From assembly GCA_951406725.2 (NCBI GenBank), contig OX597815.1, positions 84,754,001-84,818,000 of the forward strand: DNA of 64,000 nt. The letters are read 5' to 3'. The number at the start of each line of letters is the position of its first letter. Positions within the stretch are counted from its first letter, which is position 1. Below, piece after piece: positions 14,096 through 26,727 of the stretch. This DNA is from Octopus vulgaris (Eukaryota). Both the position numbers and the translations under genes were made by a program. Below the pieces are notes generated by a model. It saw nothing but the letters and a program-made list of their open reading frames with translations, did not search any database and had not been told where the DNA came from.

Positions 14096-15425
14096 TGTCT
14101 GTATGTGTTTTACTAATTGGCAATCTAACAAATACGACTCTACCAAAATATTCAATATCTGTTTCAACACGCTATTTTAGATCTAATCTCTTGACGACAA
14201 TATAATATTTCTGGTAATTATTTTACCAACCCAGGAGGGTTGAAAGGCAAAGTAGAAAGCCAACAGAATTTGAATGCAGGAACGTAAGAGAGGAAAGTAG
14301 AAGCGACAAAGAATATTTTTGGTTATTCTACTGTTTGCACCAACTCGTTTATTAATGCAGTGTATGATAATAACGTCGTTCACACGTTAGATTGCTTCGT
14401 TTACGGCGTTTCTCTGTTACAATTTAATCTAATTTAGTACTAGCTGATTGCTACAAGCTACTCTGCTTTGGTTATGACATTTAATAACCAAAGATTGTGA
14501 ATCAGTCACTGGAGAGCATTTTGTTGAGGTATTGTGTAAAAATATTAACCAGACAGTTATTTATACGTTTATATGTGCATAAATGCAAGCAAAACCGTGA
14601 CAATTTGATGGCGTTTTTGTACAAATGCACTTGTATACATGTGTACACATGGACGTATCTACATGATTGTCAGTGAATACCTTTCCATCTAAGTGGGAGC
14701 GTGTAAAGATTCTACGTACAGCTACGCTATTCACATTTTTATATGTGCTAAATGAATACGTGTTCTGTAATTTACTATAAACAAATATATAGTCTGTCTA
14801 AATATAAACACAAATATTACTTGTGGAAAGGGTTTAAGCATCTCCCATGGCTTTCGCTAGTTCGCTAAAACCTGTTAGATCGATGAAGTTGTCTTCTGTA
14901 CATTGATGCAAGAAGAAAAATGGAGATGAGGTTGTGTGAGTATCAATAACAAGTAATGTTTTAAATTGCGGAATCAACAATGTGCAATATATATAAATGA
15001 ACTCATTAACAGAATATAGTTTAGAGATCCAGGTTGGGTTACACTACAATGCAGTAATCTGAAAGAAAACTTCTGATATCAAAGATGACAAGTAGATGAA
15101 GACTATACGGTATATCAACTTAATAGGTAGGGTTCTCATTGTATCGGCATTGATTTGGACGAAGTTCACATGGGTAAGAGAGCAATGGAGAGTAATATAG
15201 CAAGTTTTCGGTAGATGAAACCCGACAAAAGTTTTATTAGTGATCCCTGAGGATAGAGAAAGATTTCGTGATGAAAGATAATTGTTAACTGTTTCCATCA
15301 TTCTAAGTATGCTAAAAGCATATAACTAGAAGGGTCAGAAGTGTAGCAATTTCCTTTGGTTAGGGCAATCAGTTGCGTATTTTCGAAGAGAGGAACAGAT
15401 TGCTGGAGAGATAGAGAGAGGGGGT

Positions 15426-15426
<1 letters not shown>

Positions 15427-15512
<86 letters not shown>

Positions 15513-15513
15513 A
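15427..15513. repeat. (GAAA)n microsatellite
   Basis: Read directly. Confidence 0.97.
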
Positions 15514-16799
15514 GAGGCGACATGGATGTGATTGAAGATACACCTCCACGATCGATCACTTTGTTTGGAACGATCAGATGAATTATGAATGGTGGCAATT
15601 GTTTAAATGTGGTGGTGAAATAAGCATGGAGGAAAGAACGAACTTGAAAGCGGGAGGTAAAGTGAGTGACAAATGTAGATTCACTTTCAGTTGAAAACTG
15701 CTAATAGAATGATTTTGACTGAGAGCTGGTGTATTCTGTAGCAAAGTTGACAAGAGGCGAGAAGATTCTACGCTTATTTGGAAAGCACAGGGTGCATGTC
15801 AGTATTGGATGAATGAAGGCATTCTTAACTGTTCTGTTGGTAGCATTGCAATCGAATTGGACGCGCGGATGAGTAAAGCCTGTTTATTGTTGTCTGGCTT
15901 CAAGTTAGTTGTTATTGAGTGTATGTATGACCAAATGTGTTCCAACCGTGACCATTCAAACGTTTTTTCAGTCAGCCTATCTAGCCCTTGCCCTACATTA
16001 TTTCTTATCTTCCCATTATATTTCAAAATAGTTTAAGGTATGATTTAAGAGTGATTTCACTGTTATTTCTAGCAGGTCAAGCATCCATTACGCGGATGAG
16101 ACTGAATTCTGCTTAAGAGTATGTTGGGAACTCCTATTAATCTTCGTGTACCTTCGAATGCCACCACAGAAGAATTAAATAGACGTGCTAACCGATTTTA
16201 CACGTCATTAATAGAAGGTGCTGGACTAATAAAAGGTTAGAAAACACTAACTGAATAGATTCTTCGTTGTTCCTTGTTCATGGCTGGTGAGTTCTTCCAG
16301 AGTCCTTACTACTGTGGCTTAAACAACCTGAAGGACTGTGGTTTATCGCGAATATTCTATCACGCATCTCATTTTCTGTTGCAAATACAGTCAACCATCG
16401 TGTCAGGTTCGACCCCTTTGCGCGGTGCTTTATGTATGATCTCAGTTATGAAGAAATTTATTTCACCGGTCCACCCAATTCAAATGAGTGAAAGTGGATT
16501 TCTAAAAACTGCGGAGAAACCCATTGAATAGGATTCTTCTGTTCAGGAGCGGTAGCTTCCATGCATCATTACGTTTAATACCTCGCAGAGATTCCGGATT
16601 TACTTTAGGAGACAGCTCTGTTGCTAGTTTCCAGAAACAGTCTCAAAAGATAATGTTCTGCCTTTCCACCTCCGTCCAAACCATAAAATTAACTTCGCGC
16701 GCACACTTGCAAAAATATCCAATGTTTCTCTGAGTCCAATGTTTCCTGAATCAGGAAAATTCCAATGGATTAACATCACAATGTAATTACGTAAATTAT

Positions 16800-18030
16800 G
16801 CTAAAGATTTTGATTAACAATGTTCTTTGTGTTTCCTCGTGAAGTCACATAGAGGCTGCTATATGAGGCAGTGACATATTTAATTGACCATGGGGAAAGT
16901 AAGGACCCTCCAACTGTAATCCAGCCATCTTTAACATTTGGGCCCGCGATTTGTTGATGGACGTCACTCAATATATATTGGCTGGAGCCTTTTTAAAACA
17001 AGTGGAATGTTCAAGGGTATTATGGAATTTGGGGATAAACGTATTCTCACCAGCAACACAGTCTGCTAGTACTGTAACTTTATTCAACTACTTCATAAGT
17101 TACTGAGAAGAATTATTGATGAGGAAACACATCATTTGACTCCATACTGTTAAGAAACTGGCTGGGTTTGTCCACAGTGTCTTTGGGATCGAAAACGCAA
17201 TTTTTCGCCATGTAACTGTTGATTATTCATTTACTGGTCATATTAACAGATTTATTTCTTGAGTAAAATATTGTTCTTTCACATAACCATTTGTATGTGG
17301 TAGTTATGTAGCTAGTTTTTCAGTTGGTCAACTGATGATGTAAATTCATTGTTCTCGGCCAAAGATACGTATATATTTCTATTATATGCAACAACCCTTC
17401 TTCAAGTTCCAAAGTCTTGTAGCAAAATCAGCTTAGTGTTGATTTTGTTAATGTGTTTCTAGCCTCAGTTTCTTTACATAACCAAACAAATATGACGATT
17501 TCATATTTTTATTTTGAGCATATTCTTTTCCTCTTTAGAATGACCAGAAGAGTCTAATGAAAGTGTCTTGCTAAAACAAATGTTATTTGCCAAAAGAAGC
17601 ATTTGTGCCCCTGGTATCCCTTAAACTCCAATTCAAAACTAACTTTATGGTGCTATAGTTCTCTCATCCCTAATTATCAGCCAACACTGATTTAGCACCT
17701 CTGTTGCTTGTGATCTCCTGTTATGGTTACAGATAGATCTCCAGTGTACGCACTACATGTTATTTTGCCTCCAAATCATAAAATCAAAGTGATACCTGGA
17801 GATAAAAGTGCTACTGCAACTTGCATGTTTCTTTGCTGCAACAACTATAAATTTATCAAAGGATTTTTCCACTTCTAAGAAGCTTAAGAATCTTCTTTTC
17901 CATAGCAAATATAGTCACTCATTATTTCGATCTATCGTCAGGCAACTTAGACATGCTTTCCACAACAAATTAAGCAAGGAATTAGCATATTAGTTAAACC
18001 TCTCTTTGTTATTAGTGTTCTTGAGGCATG
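16800..18030 (-). pseudogene. Decayed Helitron RepHel, Pif1-family helicase domain
   Basis: Minus-strand translation across stops and frameshifts gives ordered helicase motifs: SGKSF (Walker A, about 17860-17875), QCWLIIRDE (Walker B), WLCERTIL, QFLNSME, GENTFIPK, SINKSRAQMLKMAGLQLEGPYFPHGQL, GNTKNIVNQ. Confidence 0.82.
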
Positions 18031-18303
18031 TTAATAGGGTCATATTTATGCAATTCGGCTTAACTCATTCACAAAATTTTATTCATAATAGTAATTAGCA
18101 ATGATGAAAATGGCATTAATGAAAGTTGAAAACGAGAAACTCCGAGTAGCGAACAGACACTCAAAAATTCAATAAATATTATTGCGTTTCGCATAACAGT
18201 ATTGAACATTTATATCGCTTAATTTACATTTCCCTCATGTGACATAACCAACCATTGCTGATAGATAGATGGATATATATATATATATATATGTAGATAG
18301 ATG

Positions 18304-18352
<49 letters not shown>

Positions 18353-18926
18353 GTATATGAACGTGGTTTTTATGCTTTGTATACTTCCTTATGTTTTTTT
18401 CTGTTACCTTTAACCATGGTTTTTCTTGTGCTTGTGCGTATATAGACGTATGTATGAACTTTTACGGTACGCATGTGTGTGTGTATAAGTTTGTATATAT
18501 ATGCGTATATATTTGGCGAAAAATGCGAGTGAAGATGTGTACGTTTTCATAGTGACGTATAAGTACGCACGTGGGTTCGCGAGCAGAATTATAACACAGT
18601 AATTTCCCCTTATATAACGGTATTTTTTCATAGCGTTTTTCAGATGGCCAGATAACCGAAGAGATGGTGTTGTGGATTTCCACTTCGGCATCTGAACCTC
18701 AGAGTTTTATCTTGACTATTGAGTAAATGTAACATATTATTTTATAGATAAATTTCCTCTATTTACATAATATTGAGGTCTCTTTCTTTCTTTTGTTATC
18801 TTACCGTTTTTACCAATATCGGTTCTTGACTGAAGACTGAGGGCTTCGAATGTCCTGTCTGTGTTTGTTGTATCGTCTTCTAAGTTCTTATGCGTTCTTG
18901 TCTCAGTTTGTATTTTTCTACATATC

Positions 18927-18978
<52 letters not shown>

Positions 18979-19728
18979 GATGGATAGGTAGATAGATAGA
19001 TGGAGATAGATAGATAGATAATGAAGATTCGATTCTATACAGCCTATCCAGTCTGAACACAAGAACATAAGAGATCTACTATGATGCCCTTCAGCAAACC
19101 ACTAAGCTAACAATCAACATGGCTACTCGACTAAAGCATCACGTGAAAACTACATAGGCGATATTCCTTCCTGACGAATATTGACATCGGTGTGTTTCGC
19201 TTTACTCATTGCTGCATCAATCAAACACACTTTTACTTTCCTGATCTATATTATTTTTTTCAGTTGCACATTGATTACATTTTTTTTGCATTTTTCATTC
19301 GATGCTATTTTATTTCTTTTTGTTTTCTCTTTCTCTTTTTTCTTTATTCGTCTATTTTTACCTATCTGTTGCCTCGCGTGTTTATTCAAATTTTCTATCT
19401 CTCTCCTTTATACCGCTCTTTCATCTCCTTCTGCCTGTCTGTTTTATATACATACATTTATATATCGAACACACACACAAATCTATATGTATATATATAG
19501 AGAGAGATAGAGAGTAGATATGAATTTGTGTATGTGATTGTGTATGTAAATATACACATATGTACGTTTGTTGGCCTCTTTCTACATCCCTTCTCTCTCT
19601 CTCTCTCTGTTTATATATATATATATATATACATGCATTTCTATATATACATATATACGCAAATATATATATATACATACATGCATATAAATATATATAT
19701 ACATACATACATTTATATATAGTGACGT

Positions 19729-19796
<68 letters not shown>

Positions 19797-20072
19797 ACAC
19801 GTATATAAATCGGAACTCACACATACACAAACGCATATACATACACAATTATATATTTCTCTGTGATCTTCAACAGTGAAAATCACTCTCCGCTCTCTAC
19901 CCACTCGGTCTGATTCCCTCATACCAACCATAAGTTGTAATCAAAGGATTCAATCTTCTATAACACGCAAGACATTCGCAACAACTGACCACAATCCACA
20001 ATCTAGTAAGCTTGCGTTAAACTAGATTTTAAAAACATGTTTGATAACAACAAAATTATATATATATTTATA

Positions 20073-20135
<63 letters not shown>

Positions 20136-20181
20136 GCACATGTCTGTTTATATATTTATATGCAGGTGTGTGCGTGTGAAC

Positions 20182-20247
<66 letters not shown>

Positions 20248-20979
20248 GGATATAATTACATAAATGTATATGTATATATATATATTATAAAATGCATTCT
20301 AGTTTTCATATAAATGCATGAGTGGTGTGTAAATATATATATATATATATATATATATAATGTATGTATGTATGTATGTATGTATGTATGTATGTATGTA
20401 TGCATGCATATGCACACACATATATATGTACACATATGCTTCTATATAAGTGCATATGTTGTGTATTATATTTGTATTTGCAAGTGTTTCTTAAATATGT
20501 TCTATCTCAAAAGACCTTTTTAAAAAAATTCTGTTATATTTCATTGCCCGTTTTCATTTTCTGTTTTTTTTTCTTCTATATTTGAGTCTCATTCTCTACC
20601 ATAGAACTAAGTCCATTGTGCTTCACTTGATTAAATAGTTTTACCGTATATTCCAAGCAATAACTATCCTCCATGTTGTTACAGTTGTTGCTGTTATTAA
20701 GTGTTTCTGAATTTAATAATGTAGGTTTATTTTTTGCAGGTATTTATTTATATTAGTAATTTTCTTGGTTTTTGTAGTCCTCATTATTCTGAGCTGTTGT
20801 CGGTTACGTAGTTATTGCTGTTTCTTTCACCATTGATATTTTAAATTTCAGGAAAAAGAAAATACTGATAAATTATATTATAAAATACATTCTAGTTTTT
20901 ACGTGGTGTGGTATTCATCATGTTTGTAAAGACAGACATTACTTTAAACTTTACATACGAATACATACACACACACTCA

Positions 20980-21049
<70 letters not shown>

Positions 21050-22028
21050 GCTTTTAAAAAATATACATAAAATATATATACATAAAAAATATATATATAC
21101 ATAAAGTATATATATATATATATCTTTAAAAATATACAAATACAAGCTTTGATAATGATTTATATGTCTTTTGAAACTCAGTGCAACCGTTATATTAGAT
21201 AAAATCTATTTATCTACTCACACTCCATCGTTCAATAAAATATAAACTCACCAGTTCGAAAGCCATAAAATAAAATAAATGAAAGAATGAGGATAAATTC
21301 ACAGTTGAGAAGGATCATAACATGTTTCCAATGTTTGTATGCCTAAAGATGCAGCACCCTTCTTGTGCGAAACTGTGTGTGCATGTGTGTGTGTGTGTGT
21401 ACTTTTGTATTTTTGCTTTAGCCATAGGACGGTGTCCATACTGTGACGGTGTCACAACGTTGAGGTGTTTTAGCTCATCATTTGACCCCAACCCGTTTTC
21501 TCTATTTTTTTTTTTTTTAATAAAATGTCTTCTGCCTGTTTCAGAGAACTTTATATACCGCACTACTGTTTTATATATAAACGAAAACACCGTTTTCTTT
21601 TTTCAGTCAGAAACAACAAAAAGAATCAGACACACGCATCATACACACAGGCATGAACACGCACATATACACACATGCACACACAAATAACACGTTTGTT
21701 TGAAAAATTTACACACACAATACGAAGAATTCCTTCCAAAAGTTTCATATCGCTATGTTTTTCTAAGATTTTATTAATAGTTAACAATCTCTAAGTAAAT
21801 TTTTCTTGATATATTGTGAGTATATCAAATATTTTTTTGCGAAATCTTACGATTATATATTGATGTGTATATGCACATCTATATACACGCGCGTGCATAT
21901 ATCCGAAAAAGAAGCACACTCTGAAAGTCAGAGCAATAATGTTGATTATATGGCGGTGCCCCAGCATGGCCACAGCTCATGAGCTGAAACTGGAAAAATC
22001 AAAAATCAAAATATCACCGGTCATAGTG

Positions 22029-22153
22029 TGACCAATTGTTTCGCATCCATAAAGCGCTTAGCCTTATAAACGACTTGTCAGACTCCACGACAGCTGGAGT
22101 CTAACGAGTCGTCTATAAGGTTAAATGCTTTGTGGATGCGAAACAATTGGTCA
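22029..22153. repeat. 125-bp imperfect palindrome made of two head-to-head hammerhead-like motifs
   Basis: tgaccaattgtttcgcatcc...gactcca / cgacagc / tggagtc...ggatgcgaaacaattggtca. Confidence 0.9.
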
Positions 22154-22160
22154 GTGTGCG

Positions 22161-22450
22161 AAGATCAGTTGTGTTTTGCAGTGTTGCTTTATTTTAACCC
22201 TTAACATAGAAAAGGAGAAAGACATAGAGCTAGATATTAAAAAAATAATGCCATTTGAGGCTAGAAATATTGCAGAAAGACGTGAAATTTTTATGCGAAA
22301 TCTGTGATGAGCCTGAATGATGAAATTTTACTTTTTTCCGCAATATTTCTAGCCTCAAATGGCTTCTTTTTTTTTATATCTAGCTCTGTATTTCTCTATT
22401 TCTAAGTTAAGGGTTAAAATAAAGCAACCCTGCAAAACACAACTGATCTT
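22161..22450. repeat. 290-bp imperfect palindrome (MITE-like)
   Basis: aagatcagttgtgttttgcag...gccatttgaggctagaaatattgc / gcaatatttctagcctcaaatggc...ctgcaaaacacaactgatctt. Confidence 0.9.
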
Positions 22451-22777
22451 TACACAGAGATGTAGAGAATAACAGCAAACAAATAACAACGGCGGAGTGC
22501 ACAACAAACATCAGCAATCTGACTGTTGCCTGTACTCTTGACAAGAGATGCCAGTTAGTCTTTTACACCTACCAGGCTTGTTCGTATCAGCCCGAGTTGC
22601 TGGATATATTTTTGTTCCTTTAAGAATATTGTAGAAGGGAAACTTTTCATAGATTGGAATTTAAATTACATAGAATTTGAATTACTTTTAATTTTTACGA
22701 TTATAGATGACAACTCGAACAGTAACTTGTGAGGCCGAGTGAGGCGCGTGTGAACGATGTCGAGAGAACGTCTGCTA

Positions 22778-24070
22778 CGAGGGGCGTTCAATAAGTAATG
22801 CCCCTGACCCACTTCCCATAGCAGTAGAGCAACGAAACTTGGCACAGTTATTAGTCTGTTTCTACATAGGAACCACCCAGAGTTACACATTTCTCCCATC
22901 GTTTGATGCAGCTCTGGAGACAGTTTTTGTAGAAGACCCCAGCTTGGTCCTCCAACCACGGCGTGACTTCAGAAATCAAGGCTGCATCATCTGGGAAACG
23001 CTTTCCTTTCAAAAACAACTTCATGGCTGGGAAGAGGTGAAAATCAGATGGTGCAAGGTCAGGAGAGTAGGGGGGGTGGGGGAGGAGTTCATAGCCATAC
23101 GCCTGTGCTTCTGATCTGGCGACACGCGAGTTGTGAACCGGAGCGTTGTCCTGCAAGAGGAGGATGCCTTTGCTGATCTTGCCCCGCCTCTTGATTTTGA
23201 TAGCTTCTCTTAATTTCCTCAAAAGTGAAGCATAATAGGCTCCTGTAATTGTGGTACCCTTTGCCAGGAAATCTGTCATCACTACTCCGTCCTGGTCCCA
23301 GAAGACTGTGAGCATGACCTTGCCAGCGGAGGGTTGCACCCTTGCCTTCTTTGGAGGAGGCGAGTCACGGTGCTTCCACTGCATTGACTGGGCTTTGGTC
23401 TCTGGATCATAGTGATGGACCCAGGTTTCATCCTGTGTAATCAGTCTTTTGAAAAATTTTGACTCATCTTCTTGGCACATCTCCAAATTCATCCTCGAGC
23501 ACTCGACGCGTTCTTGCTTCTGGAAAGGTGTGAGCAACCTGGGAATCCATCTGGCAGACACTTTTTGCATATGCAAATGGTCATGAATGATAGCTTCCAC
23601 AGACCCGGTACTAATCTTGACCTCATGGGCTATTTGGCGAATAGTTATGCGTCGATCTTCCAAAATGGCAGCCTCAACTTGACGGACAGATGCCTCATCA
23701 ATGGCAGAAGGGGGACGACCAGATCTGGGAGCTGTTTCCACAGAGTTCCGACCATGTTTGAATTCACGATGCCAGCGTTTTACAAGGTCATATGATGGGG
23801 CATCATCACCATAAGTTACTTTCATTTCATCAAAAGTCTCCCGTGGTGTGCGTCCTTTCAAATACAAAAACCGGATCACTGCTCGACACTCAACAGGCTC
23901 CATTTCACACTTGACTCAGTTCAAACACCTGTAAATCAGAAACCACAATTAGTTCAGAGCTTTAATTTTCCACTTAATCTATAGAGATATAAATAATTGC
24001 ACATGCAAACTTTCAGCTAGGTCAAACAACTTCAAGTGGGTCAGAGGCATTACTTATTGAACGCCCCTCG
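22778..24070 (-). mobile_element. Mariner transposon, full length and potentially autonomous
   Basis: TA TSDs at 22776-22777 and 24071-24072; 37-bp TIRs cgaggggcgttcaataagtaatgcc(c/t)ctgacccactt with one mismatch; 1293 bp. Confidence 0.97.
22851..23903 (-). CDS. Mariner DD34D transposase, 350 aa, uninterrupted
   Basis: N-terminal HTH region with RSGRP, WIPRLL linker (WVPHEL-type), TQDETW, QDNAPVH, HPPYSPDLAPSDFHLF; 34 residues between the 2nd and 3rd Asp. Confidence 0.96.
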   Translation of the reverse strand: MEPVECRAVIRFLYLKGRTPRETFDEMKVTYGDDAPSYDLVKRWHREFKHGRNSVETAPRSGRPPSAIDEASVRQVEAAILEDRRITIRQIAHEVKISTGSVEAIIHDHLHMQKVSARWIPRLLTPFQKQERVECSRMNLEMCQEDESKFFKRLITQDETWVHHYDPETKAQSMQWKHRDSPPPKKARVQPSAGKVMLTVFWDQDGVVMTDFLAKGTTITGAYYASLLRKLREAIKIKRRGKISKGILLLQDNAPVHNSRVARSEAQAYGYELLPHPPYSPDLAPSDFHLFPAMKLFLKGKRFPDDAALISEVTPWLEDQAGVFYKNCLQSCIKRWEKCVTLGGSYVETD

Positions 24071-24288
24071 TACCAATGATACTTTTTGACACAAGGCACC
24101 TCGAAGACGACCATCAGACGCTGAACGAAAATAATTGAACTGCGACCAGGCTCAATAAAAGGAGCCCGAGTTATTGGCTGCAATTACATTCTTGAAGTCA
24201 ATGTTGGCAGAAATTATATCAGCTTGCAAATACAAGTTCAATTTACTAAATTTACTGAGCCCGAATAGCCCGAGTGCTGGAGTCCGCC

Positions 24289-24331
<43 letters not shown>

Positions 24332-24363
24332 TACATACATACATACATACATACATACATACA

Positions 24364-24399
<36 letters not shown>

Positions 24400-24770
24400 T
24401 ATAATCAATCTTTCTCTCCAGGACTACTAACGGCTTTACTTGGAATTTCATCAATTGTTTACATTGTCTCTGTAGAGTTTGAAACCATAGGAACTTCAGA
24501 CGAGCAAAATGCATAGTTGCAGTCATTTAATTGTCCGTTTTGGAGGCGCTTGTATCTATTCATGTTTCCTTTGGATCATCTGAGAACCAAATCCCACAAT
24601 AAATCCATATATCAATAAAAATTCTTCAGGTCTGCGACAAAAAGTTCCATATTTATTAGGTGAAAATGATCAATTTTTATACGCCAATTCAAAAATTACA
24701 GAGACATTATTCTGTCACGTACAGTTTAATCACTAAATCAACCATTGCATTTTACTATTATGCTCGAATT

Positions 24771-24990
24771 TAAGGCGGTCAGCTGGCAGAAACGTTAGCA
24801 CGCCGGGCGAAATGCTTAGCGGTATTTGATCTGCCGCTACATTCTCAGTTCAAATTCCGCCGAGGCCGACTTTGCCTTTCAACCTTTCGGGGGTCGATAA
24901 ATTAAGTACCAGTGAAGCATTAGAGTCGATGTAATCGACAACTCCCCTCCCCCAAATTTCAGGCCTTGTGCCTTTAGTAGAAAGGATTGT
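24771..24990 (+). mobile_element. SINE family A, full length
   Basis: taaggcggtcagctggcagaaacgttagcacgccgggcgaaatg...gggtcgataaattaagtaccagt. Confidence 0.9.
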
Positions 24991-25002
24991 TATTTTTATT
25001 AT

Positions 25003-25284
25003 TGTTATTTAACTTTTAAGCTGCATATTTGTTACAATCAGTTGCCGAGACACACCCAGCGTTCTAGGGCGATCGACGGCTATGAGATATTACAGTATGA
25101 CTGAAAAGTTGGGGAGGTGAAGTTTCAGGGGCAGTAACGAAATATAGTCATGTAATACAACACAGACATTTAAATGAATAGGGTTTTTCTAAGAATGTGG
25201 GCAGTATTTGTCAGCACAATCTTTTGAATTTCTCTGAGACATGGTTGTCCTGGAATGTTATCTAGATGTTTCTAACACCCTTTT
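25003..25284 (-). mobile_element. R4/Dong-type non-LTR element, 3' end fragment (same family as 54850-56124)
   Basis: Minus strand encodes HLDNIPGQPCLREIQKIVLTNTAHILRKTL; 3' UTR cgctgggtgtg..cggcaa..aaatatgcag..aaaagt matches 55860-56124. Confidence 0.85.
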
Positions 25285-25345
25285 ATTATTATTATTATTA
25301 TTGTTGTTGTTGTTGTTGTTGTTGTTGTCATTATTGATATCATCA

Positions 25346-25407
<62 letters not shown>

Positions 25408-25810
25408 TCTTTTTATCACATATTTTGCTGGAACTCCTGGAGTCTTGCATGTATAGCGGGCTTGCTACCTACAGCCTACGGTACCATGCTATCTTTTCTT
25501 TTGAAGTATCTAATACTTTCCTGGTTATTTTGGCCGTGCCAAGGAGGCAAACCTTTTGTAATAGTTCTTCTGGTCACTCTATTCCAATTTCCTTGATATT
25601 CCTCTTGATGCATTCTGATATTATTCCCAAAGACCCAACAATAATTGGGTACTATATTCACCTTCTTTATTTTCCATAGCCGGGCTCTTTCGTACTTAAG
25701 AGGGTTGTATTTATCTATTTTTCGCCTTCCTTCTTGACTATTCGTGGGTCAAAGGGGCATGCAATATCAACTATATATCACATGTGGTACATCTTGTCGG
25801 CTACCACTAT
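25408..25810 (-). mobile_element. R4/Dong-type non-LTR element, restriction-like endonuclease 3' fragment
   Basis: Minus strand encodes IVDIACPFDPRI...KYNPLKYERARLWK...PIIVGSLGII...LQKVCLLGTAKITRKVL; followed by a (TAA)n tail at 25285-25407. Confidence 0.85.
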
Positions 25811-25825
25811 TATTATTTTCTAATA

Positions 25826-26030
25826 TGGCTAGCTGGTAGAATCGTTAGCTTGCCGGTCAAAATACTTAGCGGCATTTGGTCCCTCTTCACGTTTTGAGTT
25901 CGAATGCCATCGAGGAAGACTTTGCCTTTCATCCTTTCGGGGTCGGTAAAATAAGTACCAGTTGAACATTAGGGGCGATGTAATCGACTAACCCCCTCCT
26001 GTGAAATTGCTGGCCTTGTGTCAAAATTAT
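25826..26030 (+). mobile_element. SINE family A
   Basis: Core gactttgcctttcatcctttcggggtcggtaaaataagtaccagtt. Confidence 0.85.
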
Positions 26031-26376
26031 TATTCGCTATACTATCTTTTGTTATATTTAAATAGACAATAACCGAATAACTATTATGCGTAATTTTGAA
26101 AAATAAGATTTCAGTATTGATAGTTATCGATATTAAAATCTTTTTCAATAAGTTTACTAATTTCACAGTAAGTCAGAATATAGATAATGGGGGAGATAGA
26201 ACTGAGAACTAGGAGAATATGATCTCATGGGGATTTAAGATTATTATGTCCAGATGGCATCCGAATGTCTGTAAGAATTTCTGTGTTCTACAAGAATTGG
26301 TAAAGAACGTAGCAACATGGAAATGTGTTACGAAACCAAAGTAACAACACATATACACGTGTGTTTGAGTGCATGT

Positions 26377-26410
<34 letters not shown>

Positions 26411-26619
26411 ATGCATGATGGTGTGTATGACATGCTTCTTATAATATCTGTAGGTATTTGGTAATTTGTACACTTTTTACTGTAGACAGGAAGAGAGAAA
26501 TGGAAGAACAGATCATCTGCGTTACCTCTATAAGCAAATATTGATTTTTTTCTATACCATGATACGAAAAACATACAAACACACACGTACTCAAACTCAT
26601 ACACATGGATTGATCAATC

Positions 26620-26727
<108 letters not shown>

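Noticed and set aside
20725-20745. ttttttgcag|gtattt as a recursive splice site
   Set aside because: Weak donor; expected by chance in T-rich DNA
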